From an uncultured Pelagibacteraceae bacterium (GTDB lineage: Bacteria; Pseudomonadota; Alphaproteobacteria; Pelagibacterales; Pelagibacteraceae), in NCBI GenBank assembly GCA_902634325.1, contig CACPJP010000001.1, forward strand, positions 30,656-94,655: a DNA stretch of 64,000 nucleotides. The letters run 5' to 3'. The position numbers were made by a program, and so were the translations under genes. Below, piece by piece: positions 9,399 through 19,800 of this stretch (the first letter of the stretch is position 1; each line of letters opens with the position of its first letter). The notes beneath the pieces are model-generated. The model was not told where the DNA came from. It saw only the letters and a program-made list of their open reading frames with translations, and made no database searches.

Positions 9399-10399
9399 TA
9401 GTATAAATTTTCCACTTGTTTAAATATTTTCTTGGTAAACGTTGGTATAAATTCTTTGTTGTTATGTAGCGAATACCAATTTAAATCTTTTGGAATTTTA
9501 TTTGAAAATTTATAATATAAATCAATGTCTAATTTTTTGTTTGAAATAGAGTTTTTATAATTACACAAAAAATTCCAACTTTTAAATTTATGTTTGTTTG
9601 ATTTTTCTTTCATTATTGGAAGGCTACATTCTCTCAGAAAACCTAAATTGTTCTTCTTTGTTAAGCCAATCTGTTTTTTTTTATTCAAATAACAAAAAAT
9701 ATTATAGCTTTTTTTATTTGTTTTAATTGTTTTTGTTAACTTTATATTTTTACTAGATTTATAAAATTTACAAATTTTATTAATAGGACAAGTCCCACAA
9801 AAAGGTTCTTTTGGCTTGCAAATTAAGGCGCCAAACTCCATCATGGCTTCTACGAAATCTGCATTTCTTTTTGAATAAAATAATTTTTTTTTATTTTTCT
9901 CAATAATTTTATCAAAATTCAATTGTTTTTCATGTTTGTTGAGTATTCTAGAAAAAACTCTTTTTACATTACCGTCCAATGCCAATCGAGGCTGGTTATA
10001 AATTAATGCTAACAATGCGTTTCCGGTATAGTCTCCTATTCCTGGAAATTTTTTTATATCTATTAAATTTTTTGGCAATATTGATTTCTTTTCTTCTACA
10101 ATAATTTTTGCTGTTTTTATGAGATTTTTTGCTCTTCTATAATAACCTAGTCCCTCCCAAAGCTTTAATATCTTTCTTTCGCTAGTTGTAGAAAGTTTTT
10201 TTAAAGTTTTTATTTCTTTAGTAAATCTTGCAAAATAGGGAATAACAGTTTTTACCTGGGTTTGTTGCAACATAAATTCACTTAATAATCTGTAGTATAG
10301 CTTTTGGTGTGAATTGTATGGCACACGCCAGGGTAAAGTACGCTTATTATTATCGTACCAAGTAATTATTTTTTTTGATAAATTATTTTCAATATGCAT
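9398..10399 (-). CDS. mutY: A/G-specific adenine DNA glycosylase
   Basis: WYDNNKRTLPWR, LSEFMLQQTQV, GIGDYTGNA HhH-GPD motif and a C-x6-C-x2-C-x5-C Fe-S cluster loop (CKPKEPFCGTCPINKIC). The first ATG is at 10399; the longer track ORF starts at a TTG. Confidence 0.88.
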   Translation of the reverse strand: MHIENNLSKKIITWYDNNKRTLPWRVPYNSHQKLYYRLLSEFMLQQTQVKTVIPYFARFTKEIKTLKKLSTTSERKILKLWEGLGYYRRAKNLIKTAKIIVEEKKSILPKNLIDIKKFPGIGDYTGNALLALIYNQPRLALDGNVKRVFSRILNKHEKQLNFDKIIEKNKKKLFYSKRNADFVEAMMEFGALICKPKEPFCGTCPINKICKFYKSSKNIKLTKTIKTNKKSYNIFCYLNKKKQIGLTKKNNLGFLRECSLPIMKEKSNKHKFKSWNFLCNYKNSISNKKLDIDLYYKFSNKIPKDLNWYSLHNNKEFIPTFTKKIFKQVENLY

Positions 10400-10885
10400 A
10401 ACAAAAAAAATTATATTAATAAAACTCGTAGTTCTATTCAAGGACTTAGGCCTATGTCAAAATCTCTCCCTAGTGGATTAAAAACAATTTTAAAGAAGGG
10501 TGGTCACAACTACTCGTCAATAATAAATAACTGGTCAAGCTTGGTGGGTAAAAAAATCGCAGGTGTTTGCTATCCCAAATCTATTAAAACTGGAAAAGAA
10601 TTAAAAGATGGAATGCTATTTTTGAATGTTGCTCATGGAAACCAACTATTGGTTGAGTATAGCAAAAGAGATATAATTGACAAAATTAATGTTTTTTTTG
10701 GATACCAATTTATAAAAGAGATTAGGATTGTTTTAATTAGAGAAAAAATTGAAGCCAAAAAAAGTCATCTTTTAAACAAAGAAAAAGGATCTAAATATCA
10801 TAAAAAATTAGAAACAATTAAAGATTCTGAATTAAAAAAAAAACTTAAAGGTTTAATCAGTGCTTATGATAAAAAAAATAATTAG
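10394..10885 (+). CDS. DUF721-like protein (conserved alphaproteobacterial neighbour of mutY/dsbA/smc)
   Basis: 163 aa basic protein in the mutY-divergent position. The family name is from memory. An alternative start is ATG 10454 (MSKSLP). Confidence 0.55.
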   Translation: MHNKKNYINKTRSSIQGLRPMSKSLPSGLKTILKKGGHNYSSIINNWSSLVGKKIAGVCYPKSIKTGKELKDGMLFLNVAHGNQLLVEYSKRDIIDKINVFFGYQFIKEIRIVLIREKIEAKKSHLLNKEKGSKYHKKLETIKDSELKKKLKGLISAYDKKNN

Positions 10886-11465
10886 AACATCTGTATATTT
10901 GAGTTTTGTTTTATTATTTGTATTTAATTTAAATGCAAAGGAGACTGCTAAGCTCAGTGTTGGAAACCCCGATGCAAAGATAGTTGTTAAAGTTTTTTCC
11001 TCTCTAACTTGTCCTCATTGCGCAGATTTTCATAAAAAAGTATTTCATAAATTAGAAAAAGAATTTATTGAAACAGACATTGTTAGATTTGAGCATCATG
11101 GTTTTCCATTAGATTTAGCGGCTTTAAATGCAGAAAAAATATTAAGGTGTCTAGATGGTTCAAAAAATAGGTTGGACATTTTAAATGAAATTTACCAAAA
11201 ACAAGATAGTTGGGCCTCTGGAAAGGATATTAACAGTATTAATATAAAACTAGGTAAAATCGCAAAGAATTATGATTTGAATGATGATAAGATAAATCAC
11301 TGTTTAGAGAGCGAAAAATTAGAAGATCAAATATTGGAGGACAGGATAAACTCAAATAATAAATATTCTATTAAATCCACGCCAACTATATTTATAAATG
11401 AAAAAAGGTATGATGGTGGACATACTTACGAAGACTTTAAAAAAGCAATCAAGAAACTTTTGTAA
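10866..11465 (+). CDS. Periplasmic DsbA-like thiol:disulfide oxidoreductase
   Basis: Signal peptide (VYLSFVLLFVFNLNA) and a CPHC thioredoxin-fold active site. ATG at 10866; the track start at 10860 is a GTG. Confidence 0.75.
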   Translation: MIKKIIRTSVYLSFVLLFVFNLNAKETAKLSVGNPDAKIVVKVFSSLTCPHCADFHKKVFHKLEKEFIETDIVRFEHHGFPLDLAALNAEKILRCLDGSKNRLDILNEIYQKQDSWASGKDINSINIKLGKIAKNYDLNDDKINHCLESEKLEDQILEDRINSNNKYSIKSTPTIFINEKRYDGGHTYEDFKKAIKKLL

Positions 11466-11467
11466 AT

Positions 11468-14047
11468 ATGATTTTTAAAAAATTAGAATTGATTGGATTT
11501 AAATCTTTTTTTGACAAAACCACCTTTTTTATTCAAGATGGTCTAACAGGAATAGTGGGTCCGAACGGTTGTGGTAAATCCAATATAGTAGAATCATTAA
11601 GATGGTGTATGGGTGAAACTTCTGCAAAAAGCATGAGAGGTTCGGGCATGGAAGATGTGATCTTCTCTGGCACATCAAATAAACCAGCAAAAAATATTTC
11701 TGAAGTTACAATTACTGTAGACAATTCAAAAAAAGAAGGTCAGGGAAGATATATAGAAATGGATCAAATTTCTATAAAGAGAAGAATTGAGAGAGACAAA
11801 GGATCAAAATATTTTATTAACGAAAAAGAAGTCAGGGCAAAAGATGTGCAAACTTTTTTTGCAGATTTGTCAACTGGTGCCCACTCACCAGCAATAATCA
11901 GTCAGGGTAGAATTGGTATGATTGTAACAGCAAAACCACAAGAAAGGAAATCAGTTTTAGAAGAAGCTGCTGGTATTTCAGGAATACATTTAAGAAGACA
12001 TGAGGCAGAAATGAGATTGAACGCAGCAGAAAATAATCTGAAAAGAGCTGATGAGTTAAAAAGACAACAGGAGAAGTTATTAGAAAATTTAGAAAAACAA
12101 GCTGAAGAGGCTACAAAGTATAAAAAAATTTCAGAAAAAATAAAATCTATAGAAGCTGGACTTTATCACTTAAAGCTCAAAGATATAGAAAAAGAAACAG
12201 ACGAGATTAAAAAAAAATTAAACGAAATCGAAATGCAGATGGGTGTTGTAAAAAATGATATAGGTCAAAATAGTAAATTAATAGAAGAGGAAAATAAAAA
12301 ATTAGAACCCTTGAGGGACAAAAAGATACAAAATATTTCGACAATTCAAAAAATAAATCTGGAAATTCAAAGTTTAAATACAGAAGAAAAAAGGATTAAG
12401 GACTTAAGTATAAAACTTTTAAATAATGTAAAGGTTGTTCAATCTGACCTCGAAAGAGAAAAAAGTATATCTCTTGATGCATCTTTGAATGAAAAAAGAA
12501 TACTAGAAGAGAAAAATGAGTTGTTAAAAACAGAAAAACAACTTTTCGATATTGAAAAAAAATCAGAAATAGATCTTGATATTTCAAAAAGCGAGTTGAA
12601 AGACCAACAAATTAAGCTTGATAGTTTTTTGGGAAAAAAATTAGACTCAATTGATTTAAAAGGGCAACTAAAACTACTTAAGGAATTTGAGGAAATAAAT
12701 GACTCGATAATAAAAAATTTAAAAGAATCTAGTCTTGATGAAGCAAACAAAAATCTGATCAAACTTGATAGTCTATTAAAAAGTCAAATTCAGAATATCG
12801 AATCTCTAGACAGAAACGATTTGACCATTAATCTAAAAGAATTGATTTCAGATATAACATTATCTCAAGAAAAATATGCTACATCATATGGAAAGAATCA
12901 AACAATTAGAAGTGACTCGATCAAAAGAAAGGAGAGGATTAAAAACATTGATCAAGAACTGGAAAACTGGAAAGATCTCAAGCTGAACTCTGAAAAGATG
13001 ATTTTAAAGTTAAGTGAAAGAGTAAAAAAATTAGAGTTAGAGTTGGATGAAAATCAAAAAAATCCAGAAAAAATTGGTATTAGTAAAGGACAAAATATAC
13101 AAAATCTTGAAAATACAAAAAAACAAAATGAAGACTTGGATAAAGAAATTGAAAAGATTGAGTCTAAATATAGTTCAATGAATGAAAAATTAAAAGCGGT
13201 ACAAGAAAAATTTACAGTTTTACGAGAAAACAAAGCGAGATTTGGAGCAACAGTAGAAGGGATAGACCAGAGAAAGATGGACCTTGTCTATTTGGTAAAG
13301 AATGAATTAAAAATAGAAAATGTTAATAATCTGCTGTCTCTCTCTGACTTAAATAATATTGAAAAAATACCCTCTGTTGAAGAACAGGAGAAAAAATTAG
13401 AAAACATGAAAAAAGATAGAGAATCTCTAGGTTCTGTTAATTTAAGAGCAGATGTAGAAACAGAAAAGTTTAAAAAAACAATAAAAAAAATGGAAGATGA
13501 TCGAACAGATTTAGTTTCGGCTATCGTAAAACTAAAATCGAGTATTAATGAATTAAATCAAAAAGGACGTGAAAGGCTTTTGGATGCATTTAACAAAATT
13601 AACAGAAAATTTAATGAAGTTTTTACTAAGCTTTTTAATGGAGGAAATGCTAAGCTTGAATTGGTTGATTCTGACGATCCTCTTGAGGCAGGATTGGAGA
13701 TGTTAGTTTCTCCTCCGGGTAAAAGGCTGCAGTCAATAACTCTTTTGTCTGGTGGAGAACAAGCTTTGACTGCCATTTCCCTCATCTTTGCAATTTTCTT
13801 AACTAATCCTTCTCCGATTTGTATTTTAGATGAGGTTGATGCTCCATTGGATGATGCAAATGTTACGAGATTTTGCTCTTTATTGGATCAACTTATTTCC
13901 ATTACAAAAACCAAATTCATAATTATTACTCATCACGCTCTAACCATGTCAAAAATGAATAGACTATACGGAGTTACAATGCCAGAAAAAGGCATAAGCA
14001 AACTTGTAGCGGTAGATTTACAAAAGGCAGAGGAGTTAGTTGCATAA
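11468..14047 (+). CDS. smc: Chromosome segregation protein SMC
   Basis: 859 aa. N-terminal Walker A GPNGCGKSN, long Lys/Glu coiled coils, C-terminal LSGGEQALTAISL signature and ILDEVDAPLD Walker B. Confidence 0.93.
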   Translation: MIFKKLELIGFKSFFDKTTFFIQDGLTGIVGPNGCGKSNIVESLRWCMGETSAKSMRGSGMEDVIFSGTSNKPAKNISEVTITVDNSKKEGQGRYIEMDQISIKRRIERDKGSKYFINEKEVRAKDVQTFFADLSTGAHSPAIISQGRIGMIVTAKPQERKSVLEEAAGISGIHLRRHEAEMRLNAAENNLKRADELKRQQEKLLENLEKQAEEATKYKKISEKIKSIEAGLYHLKLKDIEKETDEIKKKLNEIEMQMGVVKNDIGQNSKLIEEENKKLEPLRDKKIQNISTIQKINLEIQSLNTEEKRIKDLSIKLLNNVKVVQSDLEREKSISLDASLNEKRILEEKNELLKTEKQLFDIEKKSEIDLDISKSELKDQQIKLDSFLGKKLDSIDLKGQLKLLKEFEEINDSIIKNLKESSLDEANKNLIKLDSLLKSQIQNIESLDRNDLTINLKELISDITLSQEKYATSYGKNQTIRSDSIKRKERIKNIDQELENWKDLKLNSEKMILKLSERVKKLELELDENQKNPEKIGISKGQNIQNLENTKKQNEDLDKEIEKIESKYSSMNEKLKAVQEKFTVLRENKARFGATVEGIDQRKMDLVYLVKNELKIENVNNLLSLSDLNNIEKIPSVEEQEKKLENMKKDRESLGSVNLRADVETEKFKKTIKKMEDDRTDLVSAIVKLKSSINELNQKGRERLLDAFNKINRKFNEVFTKLFNGGNAKLELVDSDDPLEAGLEMLVSPPGKRLQSITLLSGGEQALTAISLIFAIFLTNPSPICILDEVDAPLDDANVTRFCSLLDQLISITKTKFIIITHHALTMSKMNRLYGVTMPEKGISKLVAVDLQKAEELVA

Positions 14048-14056
14048 AATTTTTAA

Positions 14057-14335
14057 ATGAGTGATTTAGAAGATTTCAAAACTCGCCTTAAAATTGCAAA
14101 ATCTAAATTGCAAAACGAAAAATCTGAAAAAAAAGGTATTTTTCTAGGTAATGCTTTTAAACTTGGCACAGAACTTATAGCCGCAGTTATTGTAGGGACA
14201 ATTATTGGGTTTATTTTGGATAACTGGTTTGGTACTAAACCAATATTAATAATTATATTTTTTCTTTTTGGAGCCGCAGCTGGAATCACAAATGTTTTTA
14301 GAGCTGCAAAAAGAATGCAAAAACAAGAGGACTAA
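14057..14335 (+). CDS. atpI: ATP synthase protein I (AtpI/AtpZ-like small membrane protein)
   Basis: 92 aa, two TM helices, immediately upstream of atpB. Confidence 0.65.
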   Translation: MSDLEDFKTRLKIAKSKLQNEKSEKKGIFLGNAFKLGTELIAAVIVGTIIGFILDNWFGTKPILIIIFFLFGAAAGITNVFRAAKRMQKQED

Positions 14336-14338
14336 ACT

Positions 14339-15073
14339 ATGGCAACAAATCCAATGCATCAGTTTCAGGTAAACAGAATTGGACCAAAAATAGAAATATC
14401 TGGTATAGATTTATCATTCACAAACGCAAGCCTTTTCATGGTTATCAGTGCTACATTTGTTACACTTTTGTTGCTGCTTGGAACGAGAGAGAAAAAATTA
14501 ATTCCAAGCAAAGTCCAACTTGTATCAGAAATGTTGTATAATTTTATTGCAAAAATGATTAGTGATACCGCTGGTAAAAAAGCAAAGCCCTATTTTCCAT
14601 TTATTTTTAGTCTTTTTATTTTTATTTTATTTTGTAACATGGTTGGAATGTTACCCTATTCTTTTACAGTAACTAGCCATATAATAGTAACATTGACCTT
14701 TGCAATATTTATTTTTGTCGGAGTAACAATACTTGGTTTTATCATTCATGGTTTTAAATATTTAAAAATATTTGTTCCAAGCGGTGTCCCAATAGTTTTG
14801 TTGCCAATTATAACTGTCATTGAAATTATTTCTTATCTGAGCAGGCCTGTCAGTTTGTCGGTAAGACTCTTTGCTAACATGATGGCAGGTCACACAATGT
14901 TAAAAGTTTTTGGAGGCTTTGTTATTAGTTTGGGATTAATCGGAGGGTGGCTTCCATTGAGTTTTTCGGTTGCTCTTACGGGTCTGGAAATATTGGTAGC
15001 CTTTTTACAAGCTTATGTTTTTGCGATTTTGACATGTATTTATTTAAACGATGCATTAAATTTACATCACTAA
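14339..15073 (+). CDS. atpB: F0F1 ATP synthase subunit a
   Basis: 244 aa polytopic protein with the RPVSLSVRLFANMMAGH conserved arginine helix. Confidence 0.93.
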   Translation: MATNPMHQFQVNRIGPKIEISGIDLSFTNASLFMVISATFVTLLLLLGTREKKLIPSKVQLVSEMLYNFIAKMISDTAGKKAKPYFPFIFSLFIFILFCNMVGMLPYSFTVTSHIIVTLTFAIFIFVGVTILGFIIHGFKYLKIFVPSGVPIVLLPIITVIEIISYLSRPVSLSVRLFANMMAGHTMLKVFGGFVISLGLIGGWLPLSFSVALTGLEILVAFLQAYVFAILTCIYLNDALNLHH

Positions 15074-15088
15074 AAAAAAGGAGGAAAA

Positions 15089-15316
15089 ATGGAACTAGAG
15101 GCAGCAAAAATGATCGGTGCAGGTTTGGCCGCTATTGCTTTGGCTGGAGCTGGTGTTGGTATTGGAATAATATTCGGAAATTACTTATCCGGAGCAATGC
15201 GAAACCCATCTGCAGCTCAAAAACAATTCCCAAATCTACTTTTGGGTTTTGCTTTGGCTGAAGCAACTGGTCTTTTTGGATTAGTTATAGCGCTAATAAT
15301 ACTTTTCGCTTTTTAA
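15089..15316 (+). CDS. atpE: F0F1 ATP synthase subunit c
   Basis: 75 aa Gly-rich hairpin (GAGLAAIALAGAGVGIG) with the carboxylate helix LGFALAEATGLF. Confidence 0.95.
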   Translation: MELEAAKMIGAGLAAIALAGAGVGIGIIFGNYLSGAMRNPSAAQKQFPNLLLGFALAEATGLFGLVIALIILFAF

Positions 15317-15337
15317 TTATAGTTATTGGTTAAGAGC

Positions 15338-15913
15338 ATGAAGAAGTTTTTGATTATTTTAATTTTGTCCACATTGTTTGGTGGAAGCCTTTTTGCAGCT
15401 GAGGCTGGTATGCCTCAGCTTGATCCTAAGTATTGGGCTTCGCAAGCTTTTTGGTTGATTATTATTTTTCTGTCAATTTATCTATTGATAGCCAAAATTT
15501 TTATTCCAAAAATAAAGAATAATATCGATACAAGGGAAGATAAAATAAGAAAGGACTTGGAAGAAGCAAGGATATTTCGAGAAGAAGCCGAAAAAAAGCT
15601 TAAAATGTATAAAGACCTTATTGAAAATGCAAAAGTAGATTCAAAAAAAATTCTTTCTGAAAGTAGACAAAAACTAAACGAAGACATACGGATAAAAAAA
15701 GAAAAAATACAAAAAGAAATCGAAAAAGAAACTCGTAACGCAGAAAAAGAGATCGAAAAATTTAAATCTGATTCAATAAACAAAGTTGGTGCAATTTCTG
15801 AAGATATTGTTTTTAGTTTGCTTAAAGATATTTTTGGGGAAGATGGTAATAAAAGCAGTATTAAAGCAACAGTCTCTGAAGTTATTAAAAAACAAAGGAT
15901 AACAAAATCATGA
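15338..15913 (+). CDS. F0F1 ATP synthase subunit b'
   Basis: N-terminal TM segment followed by a long Lys/Glu coiled coil. It is the first of two b-type genes, as in alphaproteobacterial F0 operons. ATG at 15338; the track start is a TTG. Confidence 0.75.
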   Translation: MKKFLIILILSTLFGGSLFAAEAGMPQLDPKYWASQAFWLIIIFLSIYLLIAKIFIPKIKNNIDTREDKIRKDLEEARIFREEAEKKLKMYKDLIENAKVDSKKILSESRQKLNEDIRIKKEKIQKEIEKETRNAEKEIEKFKSDSINKVGAISEDIVFSLLKDIFGEDGNKSSIKATVSEVIKKQRITKS

Positions 15914-16407
15914 TAATTGATGCCACATTTTGGGTTGCTGTTTCATTTTTCATTTTTGTTGGTGTAATTGTTTATTTTAAAGTTCCTCAAAAAATTGATG
16001 ACTCCTTGAATGAAAGTATAAAGAAAATTAAAGAAAGCCTAGATAACGCTGAAAAATTAAAAGATGAAGCAAAGAATATATTAAGTGAATACGAGTCTAA
16101 AGTAAGTAAGTCAAAAGAAGAGATAAAAAATTTAATCTCTAGTGCAAAAAATCAAGCAGAGAAAAATATAATTAAAACAAATGAAGACTTTCATAAAGTT
16201 ATCGAAAACAGGAAGAAATCTGCAGAAGAAAAAATTAAACAAATGAAGACTCAGGCTATAAAGGATGTTAAAAATTCATCAATAGATATAGCTATTAGTT
16301 CAGTTGAAAGAATCATTAAAAATTCAATTGACAAGAAAAAACTTGATAAAATTTATATTTCAAGCATTGAAGAGGCAAAAAAGATTTTAAAAAATAAATC
16401 TATCTAG
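15910..16407 (+). CDS. atpF: F0F1 ATP synthase subunit b
   Basis: 165 aa with one N-terminal TM helix and a charged coiled coil. ATGA overlap with the preceding gene. Confidence 0.8.
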   Translation: MIIDATFWVAVSFFIFVGVIVYFKVPQKIDDSLNESIKKIKESLDNAEKLKDEAKNILSEYESKVSKSKEEIKNLISSAKNQAEKNIIKTNEDFHKVIENRKKSAEEKIKQMKTQAIKDVKNSSIDIAISSVERIIKNSIDKKKLDKIYISSIEEAKKILKNKSI

Positions 16408-16423
16408 AGTAAGATCCAAACAT

Positions 16424-17887
16424 ATGACAAAAAAAGTTATTGTTATTGGATCAGGATTCGGCGGTCTGGCTTCAGCTCTTAGATTAAAATCAAAGGGTTA
16501 TGAGGTTTCGCTTTTTGAAAAACATTCAGATCTTGGTGGTCGAGCAAGAGTTTTTAAAAAAGGAAATTTTATTTTTGATGCTGGCCCTACAGTTATAACT
16601 GCGCCACATTTGCTAGGCGAACTTTTCGAACTATTTGGCAAAGATATAAAAAAATATGTTCGTATTACTCCCTTAAAGCTTTGGTATAGATTTATTTTTA
16701 GTGACGGTTCCAAATTTGATTACTCAGGTGATGAAAAAACAATGGAAAAGGAAATAGGGAAAATATCTTCTAAAGACATAGATGGTTACAAAAAATTATT
16801 GGCCTTTACTTCAAAAATTTTTGACAAAGGCTTTGTAGAACTTGCTTCGGTACCTTTTAATAATTTCATCTTCATGTCGAAACAAATTCCTTCTTTGTTA
16901 AAACTGAAAAGTTATAAATCAGTATATTCCTTGGTTAGTAATTTTATTGAAAATGATAAGCTTAGAAGAATACTGAGCATGCATCCTTTGCTTGTAGGCG
17001 GCAACCCTTTTACTACAACTTCAATTTACACATTAATTTTGTTTTTAGAAAAAAAATGGGGAATTCATTATGCGCTTGGTGGAACAGGTAAAGTAATAAA
17101 GGCACTAGAAACTTTAATGAAAGAAGAAGGTATTAAAATACACAAAGATTCTGAAATTGAAGAAATCTTAATAAAAGAAAAAAAAGTTACGGGCATTAAG
17201 AGCAAAGGTCAGATACACGGTTGCGATTACTTAATATGTAACTCAGATCCTCCGTATGTTTATAATAATCTAATCAAAAATAAAAAAGACTACGATTTTT
17301 TGTTTAATTTAAAGTTAAAAAGGATGAACTACTCAATGGGACTGTTTGTATACTATTTTGGAACTAAAAAAAAATATGAAAATGTAGCCCACCATACAAT
17401 ATATTTTGGAAAAAGTTATAAAGAGCATTTGCATAAAATTTTTAGTAAAAAAATATTGTCTGAAGATATAAGTTTTTACCTACATAGACCTTCTGCTACG
17501 GATTCCAATATGGCACCTGAAAACCATGATGCTTTTTATGTTTTGGTTCCTGTGCCAAATAATCTTTCTAAAATAGATTGGAAGATCGAGGAAAAAAAAT
17601 TTAAAAATCTCGTTATTAAAAAAATGAATGAAACAGTTTTGCCTAACTTAAAAGATAATATTGTTGAAGGCTTCTGTTTAACTCCAGACTATTTCGAAAA
17701 TGAACTATCAACGCTTCATGGTTCAGGATTTTCTATACAACCTCAATTGACACAGTCTGCTTATTTTAGATTTCATAACCAATCAGAAATATTTAAAAAT
17801 CTTTATTTTGTTGGGGCCGGAACTCACCCGGGCGCCGGGGTTCCAGGAGTACTATCATCTGCAAAGGTTTTGGGCAAAATTTTATAA
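16424..17887 (+). CDS. crtI: Phytoene desaturase
   Basis: VIVIGSGFGGLASA FAD motif and the C-terminal VGAGTHPGAGVPGV signature. 487 aa. Confidence 0.9.
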   Translation: MTKKVIVIGSGFGGLASALRLKSKGYEVSLFEKHSDLGGRARVFKKGNFIFDAGPTVITAPHLLGELFELFGKDIKKYVRITPLKLWYRFIFSDGSKFDYSGDEKTMEKEIGKISSKDIDGYKKLLAFTSKIFDKGFVELASVPFNNFIFMSKQIPSLLKLKSYKSVYSLVSNFIENDKLRRILSMHPLLVGGNPFTTTSIYTLILFLEKKWGIHYALGGTGKVIKALETLMKEEGIKIHKDSEIEEILIKEKKVTGIKSKGQIHGCDYLICNSDPPYVYNNLIKNKKDYDFLFNLKLKRMNYSMGLFVYYFGTKKKYENVAHHTIYFGKSYKEHLHKIFSKKILSEDISFYLHRPSATDSNMAPENHDAFYVLVPVPNNLSKIDWKIEEKKFKNLVIKKMNETVLPNLKDNIVEGFCLTPDYFENELSTLHGSGFSIQPQLTQSAYFRFHNQSEIFKNLYFVGAGTHPGAGVPGVLSSAKVLGKIL

Positions 17888-18750
17888 TGACAACAAAAAA
17901 TTATTTATCCGTTTACGCAAAATCTTTTAATTGGTCTGGATTCTTTCTGTCAAAAAAGATTTATTCTAGATGTTCTAAGCTATACGATTTTTGTAGAACA
18001 ATAGATAATATTGTGGACCAAAATGCTGATTTAGAGATCAAAAAAAAAGAGTTTGAAAAATTTAAAATGAAATTTGAGCAAAAAAATCAGCAAGATTCCG
18101 TAATAAAAAATATGTGTGATTTAATGAGTGAATCTAATATTTCAAAAAAAATAGTGAATGATTTATTTGATGGAGCAGAGTCTGATCTTAAGAAAGAAGT
18201 TAGGATAAAAACAGAAAAAGAATTGTTGGTTTATTCTTACAGGGTTGCTGGAACAGTAGGTTTGATGATGGCAAAAATACTTGGTGTTAAAAAAAAAGAA
18301 TCCTTACAAAGAGCTATCGATTTAGGGATTGCAATGCAGCTAACAAATATCGCAAGAGATGTTGTAGAAGATGAAAATAAAAATAGAATTTACCTAATAA
18401 AAAATTCTGAAGACACATTTCTGGACATAAAAAAAATTATCTATAAAGCGGATTCTTTCTACGATAGCTCGTTTGTTGGTATAAAGGACATCCCTCTTAA
18501 TTGTCGTTTTTCAATAGTTGTTGCTAGAAGAATTTACAGACAAATAGGAAAAAAAATCTTACAAAAAAAAGACATTGGCAGTTACAGAAAGGCTGGAAAA
18601 ATTTATGTATCAAATTTTGGTAAAATAATTCAAACAATTTTTTCTTTGTCAGATTTAATAATGCTTTTTTTTATAAAACCAAGAAAGCATGAAAAAGAAA
18701 ATGAATATAACTTAATTAGCGAGGATATAGTTTTAAATGAAAGAATTTGA
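17887..18750 (+). CDS. crtB: Phytoene synthase
   Basis: Squalene/phytoene synthase motifs YDFCRTIDNIVD and YRVAGTVGLMM..LTNIARDVVED. Confidence 0.88.
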   Translation: MTTKNYLSVYAKSFNWSGFFLSKKIYSRCSKLYDFCRTIDNIVDQNADLEIKKKEFEKFKMKFEQKNQQDSVIKNMCDLMSESNISKKIVNDLFDGAESDLKKEVRIKTEKELLVYSYRVAGTVGLMMAKILGVKKKESLQRAIDLGIAMQLTNIARDVVEDENKNRIYLIKNSEDTFLDIKKIIYKADSFYDSSFVGIKDIPLNCRFSIVVARRIYRQIGKKILQKKDIGSYRKAGKIYVSNFGKIIQTIFSLSDLIMLFFIKPRKHEKENEYNLISEDIVLNERI

Positions 18751-19798
18751 TTATGTAATTATTGGTGGCGGATGTGCAGGTTTATCGCTTGCCTATGAAT
18801 TAGATATCCATCAAAAACTGGATAGAAAAACACTGGCAATTGTTGAGCCAAGAACAGAATACAAGAGAGACAAAACTTGGTCTTTTTGGAAAGTTGGTTC
18901 TCATAATTTTGAAGACTGTGTTAAAAAAAGCTGGAAAGAATTTTCTATAAAAATACCTTCCGATTCTAAAATTGTTAAGTGCGATAATTTTCCCTATCAA
19001 AGTATTGATAGTGGACTTTTTTACGATAAAATTAATGAAAGATTAACAGAAAATAAAAATATTAAATTTTTTAAAAATATTAAAGATTTGAATACAAGCA
19101 ATTCTTTTATCTTTAACAGCGTACCTTTATTACAAAATGCTAAGTCAAATATTTGGCAACATTTTCATGGAATTGAAATTGAAACTAATGAAGAATTTTT
19201 TAATGACAGTACTGTAAGTTTAATGGATTTTGATTGTGACCAAAGAAATAACGTTCACTTCTTTTATGTTTTGCCTTTTAGCAAAAATAAAGCAATGATT
19301 GAAACTACTTGGTTGTCCAAAGAGAACAAGTCTCTAAAAGACTACGATTCTCAAATAAAAAGTCATATTAATCGTTTGGGTTTAAAAGATTACAAAATAA
19401 ATTTTAAAGAAGAGGGGGCTATTCCTCTTTTCTATCCTATTAATGAGAAAGAAAAGAATAAAGTAAATATTGGAACAGCGGGTGGCATGACAAGATTAAG
19501 TACTGGTTATACGTTTCTCAACATACAGGAACATAGTAAATATATAAGAATGAACATTGAAAATATTCAAAATGCAAAAAAATATGAAATAGGAAAAAAG
19601 TATCAATTTCTAGATGAAATCTTTTTAAGAGTTTTAAAAAAACATCCGGAAAAGATGCCGGATATATTCTTTGATATGTTCGGCGCTTCTTACATTACGG
19701 CTATTAAATTTTTATCAAATAAAAGTAATATTTTAGAAGATTTATCAATAATTTTAAAAATGCCTAAATGGATATTCATTAAATCTATCTTCAACTAA
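18737..19798 (+). CDS. crtY: Lycopene beta-cyclase
   Basis: DYVIIGGGCAGLSLA N-terminal FAD motif. 353 aa. Sits between crtB and blh. Confidence 0.8.
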   Translation: MKEFDYVIIGGGCAGLSLAYELDIHQKLDRKTLAIVEPRTEYKRDKTWSFWKVGSHNFEDCVKKSWKEFSIKIPSDSKIVKCDNFPYQSIDSGLFYDKINERLTENKNIKFFKNIKDLNTSNSFIFNSVPLLQNAKSNIWQHFHGIEIETNEEFFNDSTVSLMDFDCDQRNNVHFFYVLPFSKNKAMIETTWLSKENKSLKDYDSQIKSHINRLGLKDYKINFKEEGAIPLFYPINEKEKNKVNIGTAGGMTRLSTGYTFLNIQEHSKYIRMNIENIQNAKKYEIGKKYQFLDEIFLRVLKKHPEKMPDIFFDMFGASYITAIKFLSNKSNILEDLSIILKMPKWIFIKSIFN

Positions 19799-19800
19799 AA

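Noticed and set aside
12439-12762. 107-aa antisense ORF inside smc (and the similar one at 12396-12587)
   Set aside because: Low-complexity Ser/Phe-rich product of reading Lys/Glu-rich coiled-coil codons backwards. It lies inside a well-supported gene.
14947-15261. 104-aa plus-strand ORF spanning the atpB end and atpE in another frame
   Set aside because: It overlaps two strongly supported ATP synthase genes, gives a Cys/Trp/Arg-rich implausible product, and starts at a non-ATG codon.
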